A stretch of DNA of 20,000 bases from an uncultured virus (IMG/VR IMGVR_UViG_3300032093_000023) (lineage: Duplodnaviria; Heunggongvirae; Uroviricota; Caudoviricetes): IMG/VR virus record IMGVR_UViG_3300032093_000023, one strand, 5' to 3'. The position numbers and the translations under genes were made by a program. Under the pieces are notes generated by a model, which was not told where the DNA came from, ran no database searches, and saw only the letters and a list, made by a program, of their open reading frames with translations. Position 1 is the stretch's first letter. Every line of letters begins with the position of its first letter. Positions 1 to 9,300 of the stretch are shown here, in pieces.

Positions 1-4
1 AAAT

Positions 5-334
5 ATGGATATAAGAGAACTTAGAATAGGAAATTTGTATGATAATAATGGTAATTACTTTGTAGTTACGCCAAATACAATAGAATCACTTTTTGAAAGA
101 GAAAGAGTATGGTGTAAACCAATACCATTAACAGAGGAAATACTTTTGAAATGTGGTTTTGAGAAATTTAATACTATTGGAGGGTGCTTTTACTACATCA
201 ATGGATTGAGAATTGATTACATTTTGTGTAAATTTGTATTATTAGGCTATGATAGATGTAATTTGAATTACTTGCACGAATTACAAAATATTTACTCATG
301 CCTTTGTGGAGATGAGTTAAAAATAAACTTATAA
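5..334 (+). CDS. Hypothetical phage protein (ELRIGN...PIPLTEEILLKCGF...LHELQNIY type, common in Bacteroidota phages)
   Basis: 109-aa ORF, ATG to TAA; motif pattern recognised by eye. Confidence 0.8.
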   Translation: MDIRELRIGNLYDNNGNYFVVTPNTIESLFERERVWCKPIPLTEEILLKCGFEKFNTIGGCFYYINGLRIDYILCKFVLLGYDRCNLNYLHELQNIYSCLCGDELKINL

Positions 335-336
335 GT

Positions 337-852
337 ATGGAAAAAATAATATTCCTTGATATTGATGGCGTAATAAATCCGATTCATTACATGAACGCTA
401 CATATAAAATGTGGAAAGCAAGTTTTGGAGAAATTAAAAGCCATGATGAATATGGGCAGTTATTCTTTTAGCAAAACTGTGAAGCACTACAAAAAATAAT
501 AGATGAAACAGGAGCTAAAATTGTTATTAGTAGCACTTGGAGAATGTCTGGTGAAAGTGAAATGAAAGCACTTTGGAAACACCGAAATTTAACAGGAGAA
601 ATAATAGGAATAACGCCAAATGAAGTAGATGTAGTTGAAAGTGGCAAAGCTGAATTTTATGATGAAGTTTGTAGAGGTGATGAAATTAAACTTTGGATAA
701 AGCGTAATGATTTTAAAGGTAATTATGTAATTATTGATGACACAAAAGATATGCTAAAAGAACAAGAGCCGTATTTTGTAGTAACCAATAGTTATTGTGG
801 ATTAACGCTAAAAGATGCTGAAAAAGCAATTGAAATTTTGAATAAAATATAA
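337..852 (+). pseudogene. HAD-superfamily phosphatase (HAD_SAK_2-like) interrupted by one in-frame TAG at 469-471
   Basis: ATG at 337 reads MEKIIFLDIDGVINP (motif I DxD)...YGQLFF*QNCEALQKIIDETGAKIVISSTWR (motif II) and continues in frame into ORF 544..852 with YVIIDD (motif IV). Confidence 0.85.
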
Positions 853-855
853 CCT

Positions 856-890
856 AAAAAACCTCGAAGTAATATACAACGAGGTTTTTT
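856..890. terminator. Bidirectional Rho-independent terminator between convergent genes
   Basis: AAAAAACCTCG (856-866) / CGAGGTTTTTT (880-890) perfect inverted repeat with A/T tracts on both sides. Confidence 0.85.
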
Positions 891-907
891 GTTTTTAGTG
901 GAAAGTT

Positions 908-1075
908 TTAGTCTTTTAACTTTTTTAATTGAAGTGATTTAATCTGCTTATCTAGTTCTGCTATTTCAGATTGAGCTTGTCTACTTTTACGACTTTCCAT
1001 ATAAGTAAAGAAAGCTGCTAATCCCCCTAGTGCCGAAACCACTCCAATTAATATCATTAACTGTTCTTTTTTCAT
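908..1075 (-). CDS. Small membrane-anchored coiled-coil protein, 55 aa
   Basis: Manual translation MKKEQLMILIGVVSALGGLAAFFTYMESRKSRQAQSEIAELDKQIKSLQLKKLKD; start abuts the upstream stop (TAAATG). Confidence 0.75.
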   Translation of the reverse strand: MKKEQLMILIGVVSALGGLAAFFTYMESRKSRQAQSEIAELDKQIKSLQLKKLKD

Positions 1076-1231
1076 TTAATCTTGTTTTTCTTTGTACTTT
1101 TTATACTCATTGTATCCAAAGTATGCAGCTACAGCTAATAAAGCTATAATAATAATTGTTCCTGCGCCACTACTACTTTTTGTAGTTGTATTAGGTGTAC
1201 TAATTGGCATTGAGTTAAATTGTGTTACCAT
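1076..1231 (-). CDS. Small single-TM protein, 51 aa
   Basis: Manual translation MVTQFNSMPISTPNTTTKSSSGAGTIIIIALLAVAAYFGYNEYKKYKEKQD; Ser/Thr-rich N-terminus, TM helix, charged tail. Confidence 0.75.
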   Translation of the reverse strand: MVTQFNSMPISTPNTTTKSSSGAGTIIIIALLAVAAYFGYNEYKKYKEKQD

Positions 1232-1234
1232 AGC

Positions 1235-1381
1235 TTATATTACCTCAAACGAATGATAATTACCTCTTGCAATATCGTGTACAACATCTTTTGGACTACC
1301 TTCAAATGTATCAGATAATTTAATTACTTGTCTACATTTTTTGTCTTCTGTGAAATAAATCACTAACGTTTTGTTCTTCAT
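1235..1381 (-). CDS. Hypothetical protein, 48 aa
   Basis: Manual translation MKNKTLVIYFTEDKKCRQVIKLSDTFEGSPKDVVHDIARGNYHSFEVI; tiles between its neighbours. Confidence 0.65.
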   Translation of the reverse strand: MKNKTLVIYFTEDKKCRQVIKLSDTFEGSPKDVVHDIARGNYHSFEVI

Positions 1382-1401
1382 ACTTATATTTATTTAATTG
1401 T

Positions 1402-1545
1402 TTAACAGTATTTACCTAATGTACTACCTGCTTTTTTTTGAGTTTTACCTTTAGATGATGATAATTGTGAACCAGATACTGAACAAGTTTTTGAAATCGT
1501 TTTCTTTTTTGCTGTTGCTTTTTTTGCTGCTACTTTTTTTGCCAT
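1402..1545 (-). CDS. Small, highly basic Lys/Ala/Ser-rich protein (histone H1-like composition), 47 aa
   Basis: Manual translation MAKKVAAKKATAKKKTISKTCSVSGSQLSSSKGKTQKKAGSTLGKYC; no acidic residues. Confidence 0.75.
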   Translation of the reverse strand: MAKKVAAKKATAKKKTISKTCSVSGSQLSSSKGKTQKKAGSTLGKYC

Positions 1546-1564
1546 GATTTTTAGTTTTTAAGAT

Positions 1565-2107
1565 TTATTTTTTAGTTAACGTAAATGTATGTTTTTCTTT
1601 TTCTAAAAGCAAATAAAAACTTGTTTCAATTCCGTTTTTATTTTCAGGTTCGTATGCGTTAAATATAACATCGTATGCTCTTCGTGAAATTGATTTAAGT
1701 TCATCTAATGTCATTGTATGTTTGCCAGAGTTATAGGCATTTTCAAAATCAACATCAATAGCAATACCAATAGGGTCAGATACATTTGTTTCATCTATTT
1801 CAGATTTTTCATGTTCTTTAATTTCCTCTTGTATTTGCTCGATAATTTCTTCTTCTTTAAACGGTACTTCATTATAATTATTTCTATGCTTACCATCAAG
1901 TATTTCTAAAATCTCACCACAAATCCATTTGTCGTTTGATTTTACTTTACTCATAACTTTAGCACTAACGCCTTTACCTCTTTTGGCTAACATAGCAATA
2001 CTTTTTTCAACTTGCTTAATGCTATCAATTCCATTAATTGCATCTTCGTTTAAATCATTTAATGTAAGGTTGTTGTCCTTCATTAATTTTACATACGCAT
2101 ATTCCAT
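1565..2107 (-). CDS. Hypothetical protein
   Basis: 180-aa ORF in the leftward operon with an A-rich leader. Confidence 0.8.
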   Translation of the reverse strand: MEYAYVKLMKDNNLTLNDLNEDAINGIDSIKQVEKSIAMLAKRGKGVSAKVMSKVKSNDKWICGEILEILDGKHRNNYNEVPFKEEEIIEQIQEEIKEHEKSEIDETNVSDPIGIAIDVDFENAYNSGKHTMTLDELKSISRRAYDVIFNAYEPENKNGIETSFYLLLEKEKHTFTLTKK

Positions 2108-2137
2108 ACTTTTATTTTTTTAAATTTATGTGCAATA

Positions 2138-2662
2138 TTACAAATTTTTAAGTGCTTTTTCTAATAATTTTAATAAATCTTTTGTTTCGTTTATTAAAGT
2201 TACTATTTGTTTTTTTGTTAACTTACCAGCCTCTACTTGTTTTTCAACAGCTTCGTGAACTTTCTCTATTTTTTCTTTATCCTTAGTAGCCTCTGTTTTT
2301 TTAGGAGCTTCTGCTCTTGCTTCTGCTGCTGCTTTAGCTTTTTTGTGGCGTTCTTTAGCTTCCTTAATTAAATCCTCACAATCATAATCAGTTTTTTTAG
2401 ATTCTTTTTTAGTTTCCTCTTTTTCCTCTGCTTTAGATTCTTTAGCTTCGTGTTTTTCATGTTTAGCTTTTTCTTTTTTAGGTTCTTTAACAACCTTTTC
2501 TTTCTTTTTAGCTTTTGGTTTTTCCTCTTTTTCTAACATAGCTTCATATTTAGCTATTTCAGAGTTTATTTTTGTAACAGCACTTGGTACACCTGCAACG
2601 CTTGGATTTTTTAATCTGTTTTTCCAGTCAGCTATTTTGTCTTTAATTTCTTTTTGTGTCAT
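2138..2662 (-). CDS. Lys/Glu-rich helical, low-complexity protein
   Basis: 174-aa ORF with a central KEEKPKAKKKEKVVKEPKKEK tract. Confidence 0.85.
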   Translation of the reverse strand: MTQKEIKDKIADWKNRLKNPSVAGVPSAVTKINSEIAKYEAMLEKEEKPKAKKKEKVVKEPKKEKAKHEKHEAKESKAEEKEETKKESKKTDYDCEDLIKEAKERHKKAKAAAEARAEAPKKTEATKDKEKIEKVHEAVEKQVEAGKLTKKQIVTLINETKDLLKLLEKALKNL

Positions 2663-2682
2663 TGTATTTGTTTTTAATATTA

Positions 2683-3057
2683 TTAATCATTAATCATTAT
2701 TTCTCCTTTATCATAGCTTATTTCAACTTTCTTTTTGTTTTTTAAAGTACAAATAAATGGAGTTACATCTAAAGTTTTTTTATTAAATGAAAAAATTATT
2801 TTATCTAAATCTTTTATATTAGAATTGTATAATATTTTACATTGCGAATCAGCATATTTTAAAAATAATTCCCTATTAAATTCAGATGATTTGTATTCAA
2901 TTATATTACAATCAACAACGTTTAATTTTTTTGTTTTTTTTATATCCTTTACGACAAACTCATGCGTAACAATATCATTATAAAACTTGAATCTAGTATT
3001 AAACTGTTTAGGAGAACTTTTTGATACGCAAAAGTATATTGCTACACTATATTTCAT
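2683..3057 (-). CDS. Hypothetical protein (likely start MKYSVAIY at 3057)
   Basis: ORF 2683..3090; the ATG at 3057 has the AATAGTATG context and avoids overlap with the upstream gene. Confidence 0.7.
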   Translation of the reverse strand: MKYSVAIYFCVSKSSPKQFNTRFKFYNDIVTHEFVVKDIKKTKKLNVVDCNIIEYKSSEFNRELFLKYADSQCKILYNSNIKDLDKIIFSFNKKTLDVTPFICTLKNKKKVEISYDKGEIMIND

Positions 3058-3079
3058 ACTATTATTTTGTTTTAAATTA

Positions 3080-3718
3080 TTATAAACCACCTATTGAATA
3101 AGAGAATGAATTACCGCCTCTTTCGTAATTATTTATTTTTGTTTCTAAAGCACTCATTTCAGCTTTTAAACGTGTTGCCTCACTTGTGTTTTTATCTTCA
3201 ATAGCATCTTCTAAATAAGCTCCTAATTTGTCATATTTGCTTAACATAGCCTCGTAAGATGATTTACTATCAATGCCACCACCGTTTTCAAATTTATCAA
3301 ATGAATAAGGTATAAAAACTCTCCTACCATTCATGTCAGTAACCTCGTCATATACTCTTATTTTTGACAATGGTATGAATTTGTGGTCGCTACCCCAAGC
3401 CCCTTGTTGAAAATTCATTAAGCCAACAACTCCATCTTTTTCTGTTATGTAGTGTGTTTTATCTTTGTAAACTACTGCTTCATTTAATTTCATTTCCCTC
3501 TCAATATCACCGCCTTTAGCCATTTTAGGTGTTTTAGATTCAGTATATTTATCTAACTGTTTCTTTGCTTCTGATAATGTTTTTGCACCTGTTGGAGCTT
3601 CATTTACGCCATACTTAACCATATAACTACCATCATCTTTTAAATGAATAGTACCCAATTTATAGTCAATATATTTTTGTCCGTAACCGCCTATTTTCCA
3701 TTCGACTTTATTTTCCAT
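3080..3718 (-). CDS. Modular hypothetical protein with three xxGG junction motifs and a C-terminal YSIGGL
   Basis: 212-aa ORF; MAKGGDI, FENGGGI and YERGGNS separate segments of about 55-75 aa. Confidence 0.85.
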   Translation of the reverse strand: MENKVEWKIGGYGQKYIDYKLGTIHLKDDGSYMVKYGVNEAPTGAKTLSEAKKQLDKYTESKTPKMAKGGDIEREMKLNEAVVYKDKTHYITEKDGVVGLMNFQQGAWGSDHKFIPLSKIRVYDEVTDMNGRRVFIPYSFDKFENGGGIDSKSSYEAMLSKYDKLGAYLEDAIEDKNTSEATRLKAEMSALETKINNYERGGNSFSYSIGGL

Positions 3719-3719
3719 C

Positions 3720-3914
3720 TTAATCTTTTTTAATTAATAACCAAATACCAACTCCAATTGAAGCAATAGCAGCTACATTTCCTACTGTTATAGCCGAACC
3801 ACCCCTTGTATCTTCATTTTCTTGCTTACTTGGTTTAATTTTTTGAGATTCTTTGTGCCATAAAAAAGAACCTAATGCTATTGCTAAAATGCCAATTATT
3901 TTTCTGTTTTCCAT
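3720..3914 (-). CDS. Small membrane protein with two hydrophobic segments
   Basis: 64 aa; IIGILAIALGSFLW and AITVGNVAAIASIGVGIWLLI. Confidence 0.75.
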   Translation of the reverse strand: MENRKIIGILAIALGSFLWHKESQKIKPSKQENEDTRGGSAITVGNVAAIASIGVGIWLLIKKD

Positions 3915-3968
3915 TTTTTTAATTTCAAGTTGTAAATATAAGTATTTTTTATTATATGTTTATCTTTA

Positions 3969-6353
3969 TTAATCAATTAACATCTTAAATGTTTCTATAG
4001 CTTCTTGCCACTCTTTTATTTCAGAATCCGTACCACCTAATTCAATAAGAATAGTAAATGTTTCTATAGCATTTTTCAACTCGTTATCTGGTAAAGTTGT
4101 TTCAATTTCTTTGGTTTCGCCTTTAGTTTCTATCTCTAAAACTTCTTTTTTAGGTGTTTCAATAACATCAATTTCCTCTTTAACCTTACCTTTATTTTTA
4201 GCCTCAAATTCTACTAAAGTATCTTCTCTATTGGTATTGTAAGGAATAAAATCACTTAAATTATAAACCTTTTTAGCTACTAAAATTAATTTATCATAAA
4301 GTGTTTCTAAATATTCTAATTCTAATCCTGATGGATACGGATTATTATATCCCTCCACATTAACATCCTCTAAAGATATTCCAGAAACTAAATAATCACT
4401 ACGTCTGTTTTTATCTAATAGTTTTTTAAGAACAATAGTTTCCCAAGCTCTTGCGAATAACTCTACGTTAGAAGTCCAATATGGCGTTCTTTTATTCACG
4501 TTTGGTACAATGTCAAATTTGTTTATATCAGATTTACGTGGCTGTTTATAGCAATAAGAAAACCAATTGTAAGCAGATTTTTGAAAAAACATACTTGTTT
4601 TTAAAGTCAAATCTAAATCATAAGATTCTAAGCCAAATTTATGTATAATATACCCAAAAACTCTAACCTGTGTTGAATAGTATGCTTGGTCGTTTATGAG
4701 TAACTCTTTATATTTTTCAATAGTTTCTTCAATAGTTTGTTGAATTTCTACAACCGTATGAACATAATCAAATCCTCTTCTAAAACTATATTTTGCAGAT
4801 TCACTTTCTACGGCATAAAATTTAACTTTTAATTTTGGTGTTATTGTTGGATTGCCTTTGTGGAAAAAGTTTATAATATCCGTAAAAGCAGATGCTAACT
4901 CAACATCATTAATGTATTTTATATATTCAGTAGTTAATCTTGGCTGTGCTTTACGTTCAGCTAAATCAATCATTACATTATCAAAATAATGCCCGTATTC
5001 GTGAGCAACAGAACCATCTCCATTTGCTTTAGTTAGGTTTATATCTTTTGTTTGTGGGAAATATGCAGCTAAATGTCCTGCGTGTCCTTTGCCTCCAAAA
5101 ACTATTCCTAATTCTCCTAATTGATTCAACTCTTTAATGTTTATATTAAGCATTTCGCCTAAATCAGACATAGCTTGTAAATAAAACTTAGTGTGCTGTT
5201 TACTCCAAGTGTCATTAACATATTCGCCATAATTAACAGCCTTATATCCAAATTTGTCAATTAACTCATTAGCTGAAATATCTCCTATTTCGTAACCGCC
5301 AGTTCTTTTTATATAACTTAATGGCTCTTTTTTATTAATAATTAACTTGTTTTCAGAACTCTTTTTTTCTGTTTTTTCTTTCTTCACTTCAAACCAACTC
5401 CAATCGTTACCTTTTGGTTTAGATTGCTCTATTTTAGCATTTATGTTAGCTAAAGATGTTGCTTTTTGACGTTCAAAGTACTTTAAAACCCATTGTCTAA
5501 AACTTTCTATATCATCTTTATATAATTGTTTAGATACAGAATTTAAAGACCATTTTGTATTCATTGCATTTTTTAATTCACTTTCAGTATAGTTTTTATA
5601 CGCTTCAATATCCTTATCATTTGCAATAATATTATTTTCTTTACGTGTTAAAAGTTTATCTATTTCAGCTTTTGATTGCTCCTCTGTAATAGGCTCTTTA
5701 TCTTTAGCTTCTTTGTATATTTCATAGGCTGTATCACCTTTTTTAAATAAAATATTGTAAAATCTTTTTGAGAAAATCTCCTCAATTAATTTACCCATTA
5801 ATCTTTCGTTACCGTAAATTAAAGCTATTTTATAAGTTGTTTTAACGGCTTGTTCAATAGTAGCTTTCTCTTCATCTGTTTTGTTAAAAAACGAAGCGTC
5901 TAAAACATAAGCTATTATTTCATTCATTGGTAATTTAGCGTATTTGTATGCTAAATTTTCTATTTGCTCAACATTGTAACACTCCATTAAATCAGATTGC
6001 AACTTAGTTAAAAAAGACACATAAGCTTGTCTTTTTTGTTTGCTATTATCAGGCTTTGTTGGTACAGCTTCTCTAATTTTAACTTTTAAAAATGCAGCAC
6101 CAGACGTAACACCTCTATCTCTTTCGGAATTAACGTCAATCGGTTGCCAAACTAAATCCTTTTTAATTGTATTAAATGCAGCTACTTCATCTTTTTCTAA
6201 TTCAAACAAATCGTTAAAGCTAATTATACGATATGCAGCCTTTGTTTTTTTTAAATCAGCTACACGCCCAATATCTTTAAATTCCTTATTAGCTTGTGCT
6301 TTTTGTAACCTTTCCTCTACTTCTTCGTGAATATTTTTTGTTTTGTTTTCCAT
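3969..6353 (-). CDS. Large polyvalent-type protein with an LPD5-like N-terminus and an LPD1-like zincin (HExxH) domain (P1 DdrB-like architecture)
   Basis: FGYKAVNYGEYV...AMSDLGEML...LGIVFGGKG...INLTKANGDGSVAHEYGHYFD...YWTSNVELFARAWE...PYP matches the LPD1 signature; likely start MENKTK at 6353, just after the upstream stop. Confidence 0.8.
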   Translation of the reverse strand: MENKTKNIHEEVEERLQKAQANKEFKDIGRVADLKKTKAAYRIISFNDLFELEKDEVAAFNTIKKDLVWQPIDVNSERDRGVTSGAAFLKVKIREAVPTKPDNSKQKRQAYVSFLTKLQSDLMECYNVEQIENLAYKYAKLPMNEIIAYVLDASFFNKTDEEKATIEQAVKTTYKIALIYGNERLMGKLIEEIFSKRFYNILFKKGDTAYEIYKEAKDKEPITEEQSKAEIDKLLTRKENNIIANDKDIEAYKNYTESELKNAMNTKWSLNSVSKQLYKDDIESFRQWVLKYFERQKATSLANINAKIEQSKPKGNDWSWFEVKKEKTEKKSSENKLIINKKEPLSYIKRTGGYEIGDISANELIDKFGYKAVNYGEYVNDTWSKQHTKFYLQAMSDLGEMLNINIKELNQLGELGIVFGGKGHAGHLAAYFPQTKDINLTKANGDGSVAHEYGHYFDNVMIDLAERKAQPRLTTEYIKYINDVELASAFTDIINFFHKGNPTITPKLKVKFYAVESESAKYSFRRGFDYVHTVVEIQQTIEETIEKYKELLINDQAYYSTQVRVFGYIIHKFGLESYDLDLTLKTSMFFQKSAYNWFSYCYKQPRKSDINKFDIVPNVNKRTPYWTSNVELFARAWETIVLKKLLDKNRRSDYLVSGISLEDVNVEGYNNPYPSGLELEYLETLYDKLILVAKKVYNLSDFIPYNTNREDTLVEFEAKNKGKVKEEIDVIETPKKEVLEIETKGETKEIETTLPDNELKNAIETFTILIELGGTDSEIKEWQEAIETFKMLID

Positions 6354-6354
6354 T

Positions 6355-9300
6355 TTATAAAAATTTTCCAAATTGTTCTTCCATTATTTTTTTCTCAATA
6401 TCCTCGTGTTTATCAGTAGTAATATCTCCACCTTTAGAAAACTGTTCAACACCATATTTAGGAGCGTTTTCTTTAACCCAATTATCAATTAATTTATTTT
6501 GCTCTTTAATAGATTTATCACTATTAATTACTTCTTTGTGCATTTTATCAAAAGCCTTATCATATTCGCTATTTTCAACATCACTATCTAAAAGCATTTT
6601 AAAGGTTTCAATAGCCTCATTCCATTCCTTTAACTCTTTTTTACTACCGCCAAGCGATACTAACATTTCAAAGGTATCAATAGCTTCTTTTAATTCTGTT
6701 TGCTCATTTGATTGTTCTTTAACTTCTGGAATAAAAGTTTCATCAATAGGTTCTGTTTTTATTTCAGTTTTAGTTTTAAGATTTTCTGGAACTTTTAATT
6801 TTAAAGCTTTATGTAACTCCACTAAAAAATCCCTTTTAATAACTTCATTTGGATATTTTAAATCATAGTTTTCAAACATATCCAATATGTTTTTGTTTTG
6901 ATAAGTTCCGTATTTTAATAACCTTACTTTTTCAGCCCACTTATCCCATTGATTTTTGGTTTTAATTTTATTCCATTCTTTATAAATTTCATTAAAAGAG
7001 TTAGCTGCATCATTATCTATTTCTGTTATGCTTTCAAAAGTTCCCACTTTAACTGGTTTAGCAGATTCTTTTTTCTTAGAATTAATTGTTTTACTGTAAG
7101 ATAAAGCATCACCTTGTATAATGTAAGCTCTATTTTTCTCATCGTAATATAACTCTAAAGTTTCAGTATTACAAACTTCTAAAATTTCTCTGAAATATTT
7201 TATATTAAAAACAAAATTACAGTCTATTGGTAATATCATAGGCATAATTAAATATACGCTATCTTTCATTTGAAAATTACCTTCCTCTTTTGTATAATTT
7301 ACAGTACATATTTTAACCTCTTTTTCAATCTTCAATTCACTTCTATTTGTTATACCTAAATAAATATCTAATTCATTATTTTTAGTTGGCTTATCGTAAA
7401 TACTAATATCTGTTTTAGCATTTTCTTTAATAAAAGATTTAGCTTCATCACTATTAATACAAATAAATAAATCTTTGATATTTATGTTAAGTTTTTTTGA
7501 TTTATATGTCGGTATAACTCCATTATATGCGGGGTATCTACCATCTATTTTTCTGGTAATAAATTCATATCCATCATTTTCAAACTTAATATAATTAGGT
7601 GTGCAAGTAACAACTAAAGGACTTTCATCAATATTATCTAAAAATTTTAATAAGTTGATTTTAGGTAAAATAACTTGAAAATCAGCTATGTCTTTGTTTA
7701 TTTCACAATATTCTGTAATGTTTTTCTTAAACATTATATGGGCGTTTGTACTTACTAAAAACAATTGGTTGTTGTTATAATCTAACAATATTCCCATCAT
7801 AACAGGTCTAATATCATCATTGCCTGTGAAATCTACTGCTGTTTTAATGTAGTGTGTAAAAACCTCTGAATTTATAATAAATTTAAGTTTAGTTTCACCT
7901 AAATCTGTTTTAGGATTAGGGAACTCATCAAAGCCACTAATAGCTTCGTTTGGATTATATTCAATAGCATTATTTAACAGATTATAAATACCATCTTTTA
8001 AATCAATATTTTTTATTGTTAAATAATTTTCTCCACTTTCGTAAGAGGCAGCATAAATTTTGCCATTATCTACCTTAAAGTTTTCTAATAATACTATTGC
8101 AGGATTTTTACCTCCAAAGTCTTTTAACATTTTTATATCAGAACTTTTAATAACATCGTAATTGCCATAATTCATTTTAAATTCGGCAATAGTACCATCT
8201 TGATTAACAATAGCATCTTTAGAAAAATCGTAATAAACTAATAATTCTCTACTAAAATCTAATTCAAATGCGCCATTTACAACAACATCATCATTAGATG
8301 TGTAAACAATAGTTGGCATTAATAAAAATATTTCATCTTTACCTACACTATAATTTTTACTTGTACTAAATACAACTGCATTATTAGGATTTTTGGTAAA
8401 AGCGTATATTTTTTTATGTCCTAATTTTAAAGCTGTTTCTAATATGTCAGTTAAAAACTTAATATTAAACCCTATTGAAGTATCTCCCAAACTATATACA
8501 GCTTGGTGAGATGATTTATTAACATAGTTTTGTGCAACGTTTGTGTATTGTAAAATTTTATAAATACTAATTTCGTGAACTCTTATTGCATCACTCGCTT
8601 TTGGTATTACAGCTTCGTAATTTGGATATTTTTTAACTGTAAATAAGTCTTTTTTAATTTCAGCATCCGCTAAATATTTTTTTGATACAGTAGCATACGT
8701 TCCATTAAAATCTTTATTAGGATATGGCAATGTAATTAATTTATGTGCATCTGTACAAGTAATACCATTTTCATCAAAATGAACGCCTGACATTATTGGT
8801 CTTAAAGCATCTGTTCCTGTAAATGGCGTTACTATTTTAATTAATTCTTTATTGTATGGGCTATTAACAAAATTAACTTTTTTAATTTCGTTAGTGTTTT
8901 TCCAAACTTGTGGCACTTCATCCCAATTTTTTACAGAGTATGAATTGATAGTTTTACCTGTTTCCTCTTCTTTTAATTTATCCTCCATAAAATCTTTTAA
9001 GTCATTTATTTCAGAACGAACCACCTCTCCTGTTTTATTAATGTAATATTTACCTTTATTTTCAGTATCAAATTCAGCGTTCATCTTTTCTGCATTTAAT
9101 TTCTCTTCCATTTTATCAAGTTCTTTGTAATAATCTATAAATTCTGATAAATGGTCAAGTGCTATCTCTTTTTGTTTTTCGGTATCTTTAGTATGCTCCG
9201 ATTCAATCTTCATCCCTTTACTTAATTGCTCTTTAGCATATTCGATTGATACTTTATGCTTATTAGCAATATCCTCAATAGTTAATTTATCGGCTTTTCC

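Noticed and set aside
469..471. Genome-wide TAG reassignment (genetic code 15)
   Set aside because: TAG terminates genes at 11313, 12862, 14152, 15227, 15955, 17660 and 18656 at expected ends or in TAGTATG couplings, and the two giant ORFs contain no in-frame TAG.
3972..6699. Diversity-generating retroelement TR/VR pair for the shared C-terminal module
   Set aside because: Both copies are coding, the differences are not confined to adenines, and no reverse transcriptase is in the window.
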